20,557 nucleotides of DNA from Ginkgo biloba (lineage: Eukaryota > Plantae > Ginkgophyta): NCBI GenBank assembly GCA_024626585.2, contig JANKJI020000002.1, positions 231,937,585 to 231,958,141 of the forward strand, written 5' to 3'. The notes under the pieces are model-generated. The model saw nothing but the letters and a program-made list of their open reading frames with translations, made no database searches and was not told the origin of the DNA. Positions 10,042 to 19,638 of the stretch are shown one piece after another; position 1 is the first letter of the stretch; the number at the start of each line of letters is the position of its first letter. The position numbers were made by a program, and so were the translations under genes.

Positions 10042-11935
10042 TTTTATGGTCTAGCTAGCTTTTATAAAAAAATTACAAGAAATTTTAGTGTTATTGTAGC
10101 ACTAATGAGCAATTGTATCAAGGGGAAGAGATTTCAGTGGACACCCACAACCCAAAGAAGCTTTGAGTTATTGAAGACAAAGGTGATAGAAGCACTAATT
10201 ATGTCCTTACCAAATTTTAGTAATTTGGTTGAAGTGGAGTGTGGTGCCTCAAGAACTAGAATAGGAGTTGTGCTTAGCCAAGAGGGTAGACATGTGGTGT
10301 ATTTTAGCAAGAAGTTGAACGAAGCAAAGATAAGGTAATATACCTATGATTTAGAATTTTATGCCATGGTTTAGTGTCTGAGATTTTGGAGGTATTATTT
10401 ACTTCCCAAATAATTTGTTCTTTATACAAATCATCAAGCGTTAAAATGTTTGAATTCCCAAACTAATCTAAGGGTTAAGCATGCCAAAATGGGTGGAGTG
10501 CAAGCTTATTCATTTGTGGTGAAGCATAAGGCAAGGAAGGCTAATGAAGTGGAAAATGATTTGAGTAGGAGGATAACATTTCTATCCATGATGTATATTG
10601 AGGTGATTAGTTTTGAGGCCATCAAAGACATGCACGAAGGTGATCGGGACTTTAGGAAGGTGATAGAGTATCTTAAGAACCTAGTGACAACTAATGGATA
10701 GGTTTATGATGATTATTTCCTAAAGGAGGGTTACCTATTTAAGGGTAATCATCATTACATATCAGATAGCTCAATGAGATAGAACATCATCCAGGAGTTA
10801 CATAGCAGCGGTCTAGGAAGTCACTTTGGTCAAGATAACATAGTGGCAGTGGTGGAGGAAAGGTATTATTGGTCGAATTTGAGGAAACAAGTTAGAAGAT
10901 TTATAAAAAGGTGTAGAATTTATCAGTTGAAAAAGGGGCAAGACCAGAACACTGGATTATATAAGTTGTTACCCATTCCAGAAGGGCCATGGATAGATGT
11001 CTTAATGGATTCAGTGCTAGTTTTATCACGCACTAAAAAAGGTAATGATTTAATTTTTGTTGTAGTTGACCACTTTTCAAAAATGGTGCATTTTATACCA
11101 TGCAAGAAAATGAATGATCCAAGCTAGACAACAAATTTATTCTTCAAAGAGGTGGTGAGATTGCATGGACCACTGAAGACTATCACATTAGATAGGGACA
11201 ACAAGTTTCTGACCCATTTCTAGAGGACATTATGGAAGAAATTGGATACGAAGTTGTAATTTAGTAGCGCCTACCATCCACAAATGGATGACCAAATGAA
11301 AGTTATTAATAGGTCATTCAAAAATATGTTATGAAGCTTAGTAGGGAGCAGGCCCAAACAATGGGATATGTTACTAGCATAAGAAAAAATTCCTTATAAC
11401 AGTTTCTTTAAATTGGTCAACTGGGTTGACACCTTTTTAGGTAGTGTATAGAAGAATCCTGAGGACTATGGTGGATTTGATGGAGTTACCAACCAATGGT
11501 CAGACCAATGATGATGTAGAGGAAATGGTCAACCAAATAAAATAGGTGCATGAGGAAGTGAAGAACCAACTCGAGAAGCGTAGCCTTAAGTACAAAGAGG
11601 ATACTGATCAGTCTCGAAGGCACAAGGAGTTTGAGGAGGGTTATATAGTAGTGGTATACTTGAGGAAGGATAGGTTCCTAAAGGGAACATACATTAAACT
11701 AAAGTTCAAGAAGATTAGGCCCTACCAGATTATGATGAAGATTAATGCAAATGCATATCGGGCAGATTTTCTTGCAAAATTCAACATCTCACCTATGTTT
11801 AACATTACATATCTATACAGGTTTCATGAAGGGGATCAGAATACTAAATAAGAAGAAAGTAACTGGAAAAAACATGTACCAAAGAAGAAGAAATAAGAAA
11901 TTACAGAGGTATTAGATAGAAAGTTAGTCCAAAGA
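10042..11935 (+). pseudogene. Degenerate chromovirus (CRM-like) Ty3/gypsy pol: RT thumb, RNase H, integrase
   Basis: FYGLASFYKKITRNFS...VEVECGASRTRIGVVLSQEGRHVVYFSKKLNEAK..YTYDLEFYAMV*CLRFWRYYLLPK*FVLYTNHQALK; ELHSSGLGSHFGQD..YYW..IKRCRIYQ; TGLYKLLPIPEGPWIDVLMD..IFVVVDHFSKMVHFIPCKK; [35 protein letters not shown]; LRKDRFLKGTYIKLKFKKIRPY..INANAY..ISPMFNI. The RNase H Asp (CDAS>CGAS) and integrase Glu (QTEV>QMKV) are lost. ORFs 10450, 10843 and 11546 are fragments of this pol. Confidence 0.93.
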
Positions 11936-11949
11936 AAAATAATAAAAAA

Positions 11950-12698
11950 ATAATCAACCAGCATAGTGAGGCATTCATCGCCCAAGTCGATGAAAAACCC
12001 AAATTTCACGATAGGAAAATGTTTTCAAAATAAACAATTAAAAGGATTTAATGATCGTAATTGTGATAATTTGNNNNNNNNNNNNNNNNNNNNNNNNNGA
12101 GGGGAATTTATGTGATATTTGTAGTATACAATTAAGGTACTTAATGACCCCATTAAGGGATTTGAAAGGAAAAAAATTAATAAGGGGAGAGTTGGGTGTT
12201 CTTGGTTTTAGCACTGAGGAGAAGGGGGGAAGCAGACAGGGAAGAAGGGTGTGTGGCCATATGAGTGGTAAAGAGGGATAATTTAGACTCGACCAACGAG
12301 AGAACCAGTGGGAGGAAATTGGCCCCTAAGCAGGGCATTCTGAGGGAGGTATAAAGGTGCATGAAGTTAGGATTGAGTGTATGGTCTTTAGAAACAAGTA
12401 GTGAATGATAGAGGGGTCTTTTGGCCTCTATTAGAATTTGAGGTAAATTTCTTCTGAAAGGGAGTTGTTGTATTTTCACTAAAGCCATGTAATAGAATTC
12501 CCCATTTGGGGTGAAAATATAATGAAAATAGAACGGGTGGATTTTCAATGAAATTTCATGAATTTTCAACTTGTATGAAGTTCCTAGTCTGTGTTTGAAT
12601 ATTTTCTTCCTCTCTGTCTCTTCCTTTATGGTGTTATTTGTATGAATTTAGCTAGCTCGCAGGGTCTTAGATGCACCTTACCAAACTAGGTTGCATCA
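11950..12698 (+). mobile_element. LTR of the CRM-like element (5' boundary uncertain)
   Basis: Ends ...TTGCATCA at 12698 (CATCA terminus typical of CRM LTRs), 2 nt before a Met PBS. TATAAA at 12350-12355. No clear PPT or TGATG start is visible. Contains a 25-N gap (12074-12098). Confidence 0.75.
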
Positions 12699-12700
12699 TC

Positions 12701-12711
12701 TGGTATCAGAG
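12701..12711 (+). other. Primer-binding site complementary to the 3' end of initiator tRNA-Met
   Basis: TGGTATCAGAG is 11 of the 12 nt of the canonical TGGTATCAGAGC. It lies directly after the LTR end and 78 bp before the gag ATG. Confidence 0.9.
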
Positions 12712-12788
12712 ATAAAGGTTGGGCGCTGTGTGAAGTCAAGGGAAGTGTGAAAGAGTTGGTATTTATAGGAATAAGAAAGGTCAGTAGT

Positions 12789-13107
12789 ATGGAACCTAGG
12801 GTAGTAGGAGGAGGACGATCTACAAATAAAGAATTGGAGGCACTTAGGAGATGAATTAAGGAGTTATAAAATATAACCTGAAGGCAAAGGCCAAAAAGAG
12901 AGCATGAGACATAATATAAGGAGGAGGTGGAAGTAGAATAGGTAGGATGGAGAATAGAGGATCCTAATGTAATGTTAGTTGAATTAATGAAGAGTAAGCT
13001 TGGCAGGGAAAGAATGGAAGTACCTAATTTTAGAGGAAGCCTAAATCCTGAGGAACCAATGGACTAGATTAGGGCATTAGAAAAGTACTTTGAGTGGGAA
13101 GAAATGG
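12789..13107 (+). pseudogene. Degenerate N-terminus of CRM-like gag
   Basis: One frame from ATG 12789 with six stops: MEPRVVGGGRSTNKELEALRR*IKEL*...RERMEVPNFRGSLNPEEPMD*IRALEKYFEWEEM. This matches the CRM gag motif VP.F.G.L.PEE..DW...EKYF. Truncated by the 13108-13207 gap. Confidence 0.85.
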
Positions 13108-13207
13108 NNNNNNNNNNNNNNNNNNNNNNNNNNNNNNNNNNNNNNNNNNNNNNNNNNNNNNNNNNNNNNNNNNNNNNNNNNNNNNNNNNNNNNNNNNNNN
13201 NNNNNNN

Positions 13208-13620
13208 ACAAGTACCCACTAAAGGTGTGAATTTCAACCGATTCCCCCACTTTCTTGAAATAAAGTCACCTTGAAGCCTAAGGTGTGTACAATTTGAGCA
13301 TTAGTTACTTCTTGCATATCTTGGTACAATGTTGTTTCTTTTTAATAACCTAGGAATAGTTCAATCCACTTTCTTTTCCTTCTCTTCCCTTCCTATTTGC
13401 ATTTTTTTATCATCACCCATACGTCCCATAATTACGAGGTCCATTTTAGTATCTGACCTGAGAAGCTCCCTTGTGGGTTAAAACTCTTGTTCTCCTTTGA
13501 GTTACACGACCTAATTTTTTTGTACCATATTCTCTGATTCTAACAAAAGCACTAACATGTGTAGGTAGCAACACCTAAATTTTGACTTCATTGTGGGTGT
13601 GTGAGAAACCCCCATCAACA
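13208..13620 (+). mobile_element. Probable 3' (U5) end of another LTR
   Basis: Non-coding with pyrimidine-rich tracts; ends ...AAACCCCCATCAACA at 13620 (inverse of a TGTTGA LTR start). No PBS follows, so it is a 3' or solo LTR end. The left part is in a gap. Confidence 0.4.
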
Positions 13621-13996
13621 CATTCCAATCACAAAAAAAGGTGAATACATCCTATGCACGAAAACATGTGCAGTTCTATGAGAAGTGCAATGTGAGGTAA
13701 TATGAATAAACACACAATGGAAATATTTATAACATGTTCTCACAAGAAATAGAAGTATTTTCTTTCATTTAAATCATCCATTCTTTTATTGATATTTAAT
13801 ACACAAAATATTGGTGTTGACAAATGCACACACAACATAATAATTTATATTCTTTTCATGTCAAGAAATTCAAAAGATTTCTTTTTGTCTTTTCCCTTTT
13901 CACTTTTACTTTTCAACAATTTTAAATATATAAAAAGTAAAGAAATACATTCAAAACCCACACAATTTTATCCTTATGAGAGTAAATAATTCCACT

Positions 13997-14086
13997 AATA
14001 GTAGGACAATAAGAAACTATGCTGCTAACAATAGGACAACAAGCCACTACGCTGCCCAAAGTAAGGAAACAAGTTACTATGCTGCC
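13997..14086. repeat. Three tandem 30-bp repeats
   Basis: AATAGTAGGACAATAAGAAACTATGCTGCT / AACAATAGGACAACAAGCCACTACGCTGCC / CAAAGTAAGGAAACAAGTTACTATGCTGCC; exact 30-bp period with a conserved ACTAYGCTGC core. Confidence 0.9.
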
Positions 14087-14763
14087 TAGAAGAGCCACAA
14101 AAGAGAATTTTAATCTAAAAAAATGAATTGAAGTGGAAAGGGAATCCCTCTACGAAATAAGATCCTCTAGTGAAACATGACTACATTATGGAAGAGGCTA
14201 AAATAGGTACCTAAAAATTAGATTAAAGAATATGATTTTTGGCTATAACTCATACATGAAATAAATGGGCAAGTGCAATATTTTCTTTTCCATTAATAAA
14301 AATGTAAAGCAATCTAAAATAACATTAAAAAATCAAATAAAAACCTTGGAAGGAGGTGAAATTATGTTAGGAATAGAGGATGAGATGACCAAGGATAGNN
14401 NNNNNNNNNNNNNNNNNNNNNNNNNNNNNNNNNNNNNNNNNNNNNNNNNNNNNNNNNNNNNNNNNNNNNNNNNNNNNNNNNNNNNNNNNNNNNNNNNNNN
14501 NNNNNNNNNNNNNNNNNNNNNNNNNNNNNNNNNNNNNNNNNNNNNNNNNNNNNNNNNNNNNNNNNNNNNNNNNNNNNNNNNNNNNNNNNNNNNNNNNNNN
14601 NNNNNNNNNNNNNNNNNNNNNNNNNNNNNNNNNNNNNNNNNNNNNNNNNNNNNNNNNNNNNNNNNNNNNNNNNNNNNNNNNNNNNNNNNNNNNNNNNNNN
14701 NNNNNNNNNNNNNNNNNNNNNNNNNNNNNNNNNNNNNNNNNNNNNNNNNNNNNNNNNNNNNNN

Positions 14764-15678
14764 ACATATAATTTCTCCTCCCGTTATCTCCCTCCTTCAA
14801 ATTTGAATCCATCATCACAATCCTAAGGCTGAGAGAAGACCATTAAACCTATGGATATCCTTCAACATATTGGTCCAAGTATTAGACATAACCAAGAAAA
14901 AGAGTTTAAGGAAAGATAAGGAAAAATTCACGAAAAGAAAGGCCTAGGAAAGATTGTAGCAAGGTAACCAACCCATAATTGAGGAAGAGCANNNNNNNNN
15001 NNNNNNNNNNNNNNNNNNNNNNNNNNNNNNNNNNNNNNNNNNNNNNNNNNNNNNNNNNNNNNNNNNNNNNNNTAACCCTAAATGAACCAAAATTACCTTC
15101 CTTTGTTTATTTTTGGGACCTAATTTATAGATGTAGGGGGGAAATACTAGCCAATAATGTCCTTTCATTCAAGATATACATGATGCATTCATAATTTAGG
15201 ACATGAAGGCAATCTCAACTATCTCAAAAATGGACAAGGCATTTCATATTCTCATTCATTTGTTATTTGTTTAGTTTAGAAACCATTGACATCATATAAG
15301 AGTTAACAATTGTAGAGAATTCCTCTTAATATTAAACCCTCTTGCGGTACACCATTAGAGATCACATTAAAATATGACTTTAAGAACAGATAAATGGCAT
15401 GGTCCCCACTACTTAAAATCATAAACAAAAGATAAAATAAAGGAAAAAATGGTTTCTAGACACGCTAGAAGGATATGAATTGGTTCNNNNNNNNNNNNNN
15501 NNNNNNNNNNNNNNNNNNNNNNATGGTAACGAAATAGATCTATAACAACCAAAAGACAACCCATTTTATTAATAATAGAAAAATGATATATGAATGATAT
15601 AATAAGGTGCACTTATTTCTTCATTGACCTAATCTACTTGAATGTCTATTCAAGACCCATGAGTGACCTCTTGTTACA
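14764..15678 (-). mobile_element. LTR-like repeat, copy 2 (candidate 5' LTR)
   Basis: Homologous to about 2180-3058. The minus strand starts TGTAACAAGAGG at 15678, with TATA (CTATAAATTAGG) at about 15119-15130. The U5 end and PBS would lie in the 14399-14763 gap. Confidence 0.65.
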
Positions 15679-15849
15679 ATGATATTATTTAGAATCAAAA
15701 CATCCCCAATTTCATATTACAAGTATAAAGGGAATAAAAAATGTAATGGCAAGAGTGTAAAGGGTTAAGGAAAGGGAAAATAGATAATCCTTAAAACTCT
15801 TATATATATGCAGTTCTTACTAAGGGGATAATTTCAACTACTGGTAGAA

Positions 15850-16720
15850 TCTTACCTTTGTTAGAGGTGGTTCAAGCTTCTAAGAGGCCTTGTATTATGA
15901 AATATAGATGATAGGGGGATTGTTTCTTGGTTATTGTAAGAATAACAATATGGAGGTGGTGTCTTGACCATATAGCTAATAGGGATCCTAATCCTATAGT
16001 GATTTTATAAATATGTCATTTTTTATTCGATATATCTAGGAGACTATAAAGAAGAAATAAATTGTTGGGTAGGATATATTGAACAACTTAGAAGACATAT
16101 TTATGGAGAGTTAGAGTTAAAATTATACCAAAAATAAGTTATCTTTTAATGGTTTATCTATGATGAATTTCCCTTGTAAAGTTTTAAAGGCCACTACTAT
16201 ACCTTATTTTATAGCTATAAACAATAAAATATGTATACAAAAAAATGTATTGGATTCTCTTTATCAATAATATGAAAGTACCATTTAGAATCTAGTATAT
16301 AATTGAGTGGATTACTTCATGCATTCTTTTTTTCCATAAAAGTATTTATTTTATATGTAAAATATCTATTTCTTGAACATGCAATTCATAATGAAAAAAT
16401 TTAATAGAAAACCTCAATGGATTTTTAGACCCTAGTGAATACATAGGAATCAATCAATGTATTATAATTGATTGAATTATAATAAATAACATAAATAGGA
16501 TATAAAAATAAGATGACTATTCATTATTAATAAAACATGCAATTTTATAGTCTGTAAGGAAGAATAATTTATTTTTCTTCCTCTACTTAGTGGAAGTAAT
16601 TTTATAATTAGAGGACTAATGTTTCCTTAGACACATTTTACTATTCTAGGAAATCTTCTATAAACTAAATTGTAAAACTATTATTAAAATGGGGAAGGCC
16701 TTAAAGGCCAAACCCTCAAT
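15850..16720 (+). pseudogene. Possible extremely decayed L1 LINE ORF2 C-terminal region (zf-RVT / start of RNase H)
   Basis: Weak by-eye resemblance only: ..YCKNNNME.., IRYI*ETIKKK*IVG*DI, IPYFIAINNKICIQKN (cf. P.FI.W.IW.ERN), FYKLNC (cf. F.KLNFDG), followed by an A-rich tract. Confidence 0.22.
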
Positions 16721-17299
16721 CCTAATAGTGAAAAATATCATTTTTATACATAAATAAGAAAATACAACAAAAAATAAAATAGAGGATATAATATCTACTC
16801 TCTCCCTCTCATCTATAGACCTAAGATAATTTATTACATATTATTTTTAAACAAATAAGAAATAAATAATAAGTGACATGGGTAAGAAATATATCACTAT
16901 AATTAGTCCTCCATGGCATCTCTATGGATAGAGTCCCAAGGTCACCTTATCTACAGGCCATCCAATCATCCCCTAAGGTCCCCCCTGACTTTTGATCTTG
17001 GAAGCAAGTGTTGAGTGGCATATGAACCCTTCTAGTGGTGTAAATTACCATTCATCTTATTCCTTAATCACCCTTTATGATTAACTCTTAGATGAAACTA
17101 AGTCCTTTGTGATGGGAAGCATATGAGTATCCAAAAGGATAATCTTAGCTACCCCACCCTCATTCCATCATCTTATCATCACTTAGTCTCCTAGTGATGA
17201 TGCTTCCCTCTACCAATAAGAAAATATTAAGGTAAACATCCTTCCAAATCATATAAGTATTAGGAGTAGGGTGTATAAAATGTATTTTAAATTTTGTTA

Positions 17300-18300
17300 G
17301 GATTGGCATATAATTTAAGTTAGTTTTAGCTAAGGCAAGAGGGTGTTAGTGATATAGGGAGTTATGGACTATATAATATTTTAGGTTTTGCATATTGGAT
17401 AAACTTTTCTCTTAAGTTGAGTTATAATAGTTGATTCCTTCCTTACCCTCTTTATACTTATTAAGTAATTAGGTCAAAATTTGAATCAAAAGTCATAACA
17501 TAAAATAGAACTCCTTCTAACATTTGATAATTAATAATTTTCTTGTTATTATTTTGATTAAGGATCCACACACCCCTCTTTTCCTCTTAAGGAATCACCA
17601 TTCTATAATTGATTAGAGTTACATATGATAGTATAGGAGAAAGGTCAAATTAGGAAGAATAAATTATTATAAAGGCAAAATTGATATGAATTACCTTCAA
17701 GGTTATTTCTGTGGGTTAGGATTTGGGGATCATCTTAACCTTCATAAAAAATGGGACTCCAAAAGAATCATTAAGGAGAATCAGATTTAATTATGATTTG
17801 TAGTTGGAGAAAATGCCATTAATTAGATTTATAGATAGTGTAATCCATTAAATTATATAAGACTAAAAAATAAAAGAAAGTAGGTTAAGGAAGTAAGATA
17901 ACTCTAAGGACTATTAGGTTTAATGTTAATATGTACTAAACACGTAATTACACCATGGGAGTAAGTGAATTACAAACATAAAATTAAAAAATATATATCA
18001 AATAGGAAAAGAAGTAATTAAAGGTCCTTTAAGGGCATATTATATGTTTTCCAAAGTCCATGATTAACTAGTGATGTAATTGGGATTCTATTTAACTGAG
18101 TGTTGATTCCCTTACATGGACTCTAATGAATTTAGACAATCAATTATCATTGAAGTCCCTATAAAATATTACTAAATCATGGATTTTCTCACTTAAAGGA
18201 TAAGTCGATAACTCAAAACTTTATGAATTACTACCATAGGTGATCACATTTGGATTGAGATATTGTTGAATATTTGGACTTTCAATCATTTTGTTTCCTC
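17300..18300 (+). pseudogene. Possible extremely decayed L1 LINE AP-endonuclease region
   Basis: Motif-like pieces appear in the right order: AKARG....ELWT (about 17330-17370, cf. ARGASGG...LWN), YISNRKRSN*RSFKGILYVF (17992-18051, cf. FTWSNRR.....SRLDRF), NYH*SPYKI (cf. SDHWPI), SHLD*DIVE (cf. HPDF..IV..WW). Needs profile confirmation. Confidence 0.3.
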
Positions 18301-18558
18301 TAACATACATTCACATTATTTGGTTATCTTTTATTCAACTATTAAAAATTTGATTCATATGAGGATTAAAGCATAAACTTTGTAATCAAACCTTCTTAGA
18401 AATGTAGGGAATATGAGTAGGTGCATCACTTGCATTTAGTAGAACCTTCTCATTAATATTTCCTTCCCAGATGACATGGTAGAGGTGAAACTATAGGAAA
18501 AGTGAAAAGAGGGCAATTCATACTAGCTAAGAAATAAGGGCAAGTAGGGGTTTGAATA

Positions 18559-18703
18559 TTTTGCACACTAGAGACTTATTAATTTAGGTTAGGAAGAATG
18601 AGTGTCTAACATTAGATGATGGAACTTTATATCACCCTAGGTTGTCCCCTTGACTGCATTTGAATCAAAATCAACAAGACTCTAATGCTTATTGCTTGGT
18701 TAA
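18559..18703. repeat. 145-bp direct repeat, copy 1 (decayed)
   Basis: Ungapped manual alignment to 19494-19638: 125/145 identical. Confidence 0.93.
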
Positions 18704-19493
18704 GGGCCACTTTCGATTACCCATTAAACTAAAGTAAAATAAAATAAGATCAATATCATCTTTGCACTAATTTATGTTAATATATTCTATTATGCATAAA
18801 TCCAAATAAGGTGTATTAAATCATACAATTTTTTATGTTTCTTAAAGTACCTCGAAAGGTACTTCAAGAAAAATTATTGTGCCTTAGTTACTCTACTTAA
18901 TTCGCAAACATAGAGGAGTGTGACACAGCCCTTAGTTTAATATCAAATGAACAAACACATGATTCATGCAATCTCTGGTAGAATTTTGTTTACCATGATT
19001 CTCCATTCATTTTCATTGAAATGTACCAGACCCAATACAAATATATACACAAAAGGTTATGTAACTGTCAGNNNNNNNNNNNNNNNNNNNNNNNNNNNNN
19101 NNNNNNNNNNNNNNNNNNNNNNNNNNNNNNNNNNNNNNNNNNNNNNNNNNNNNNNNNNNNNNNNNNNNNNNCAAGGGGATGGGGGAGTAGAAGGAGAAGA
19201 AACTAAGTAGATACACCTAGTGGGAGGCAACTCAGAGAGATAGAGAATGAACACCTATTGAAAGGCTTTGTTTGTAATTATATAATTCTATGCATTATAA
19301 TTATAATGCCCATTATGGCCTTTATTGATAGAAAACTTCCTTTCTCCAAGTGTCATGGTGTATGTGTGGGTATATGTATTAGTGTTTGCATGTTACTCTC
19401 TCCTTGTTGTCTCCAGTGTAGGTTGTTTAACATTCCTGGGCATAATACTCACCCAAGTAACAGTGGGTTAACGTTAGGAGGCTGCATCAAATG

Positions 19494-19638
19494 TTTTGCA
19501 CACTGGAGACTTTTTAGGTTAAGTTAAGAAGAAGAAGTGTCTCACATCAGATGATGTAGCTTTATATCACCCTAGGGAATCCCCTTAACTGCATTTGAAT
19601 CAAAATCAATAAGACTCTAATGCTTCCTGCTTGGCTAA
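19494..19638. repeat. 145-bp direct repeat, copy 2 (CHG-retaining)
   Basis: Ungapped manual alignment to 18559-18703: 125/145 identical; offset 935 bp, spanning a 100-N gap. Confidence 0.93.

Larger units (their letters stand above)
1882..15678 (-). mobile_element. Putative ancient full-length Tat/Ogre-like Ty3/gypsy element carrying nested insertions
   Basis: Two same-orientation LTR-like repeats flank a minus-strand PR-RT-RH-INT in the expected order. The termini are near-inverted ((A/T)GTAACA ... TGTTACA) and the flanking 5-mers are AGGAT (1877-1881) and ATGAT (15679-15683). PBS, PPT and gag would all lie in N-gaps, so the linkage is inferred. Confidence 0.4.

Noticed and set aside
9901-10338. 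145-aa ORF as a single protein
   Set aside because: Chimeric across a 100-N gap: the first codons are the antisense of the minus-strand Tat protease and the rest is CRM RT thumb/RNase H.
12177-12569. 130-aa antisense ORF
   Set aside because: Lies within the CRM LTR across its TATA box, with no recognisable domain; most likely a chance ORF.
13520-13545. Second Met PBS on the minus strand (TTAGAATCAGAGA)
   Set aside because: Lacks the TGG start, matches only ATCAGAG and is not adjacent to an LTR end in that orientation.
13997-14086. CRISPR-like array
   Set aside because: The units are contiguous diverged tandem repeats without unique spacers, there are no cas genes, and the context is eukaryotic.
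19388-19412. miR535/miR156-family-like sequence (minus strand GACAACAAGGAGAGAGTAAC)
   Set aside because: Needs several indels and mismatches to fit, and no complementary star arm is seen nearby; more simply a polypyrimidine tract.
19258-19527. Secreted cysteine-rich peptide (89 aa)
   Set aside because: Starts at TTG; the hydrophobic and Cys/Val content comes from AT- and GT-rich low-complexity sequence; no defensin, LTP or GASA cysteine spacing.
19545-19623. Box C/D snoRNA within the 145-bp repeat
   Set aside because: The C-box-like ATGATG lacks the final A and the D box reads CTAA in both copies; no rRNA guide complement recognised.
18559-19638. TRIM element with 145-bp LTRs
   Set aside because: The repeats lack TG..CA termini, and no PBS, PPT or TSD is visible.
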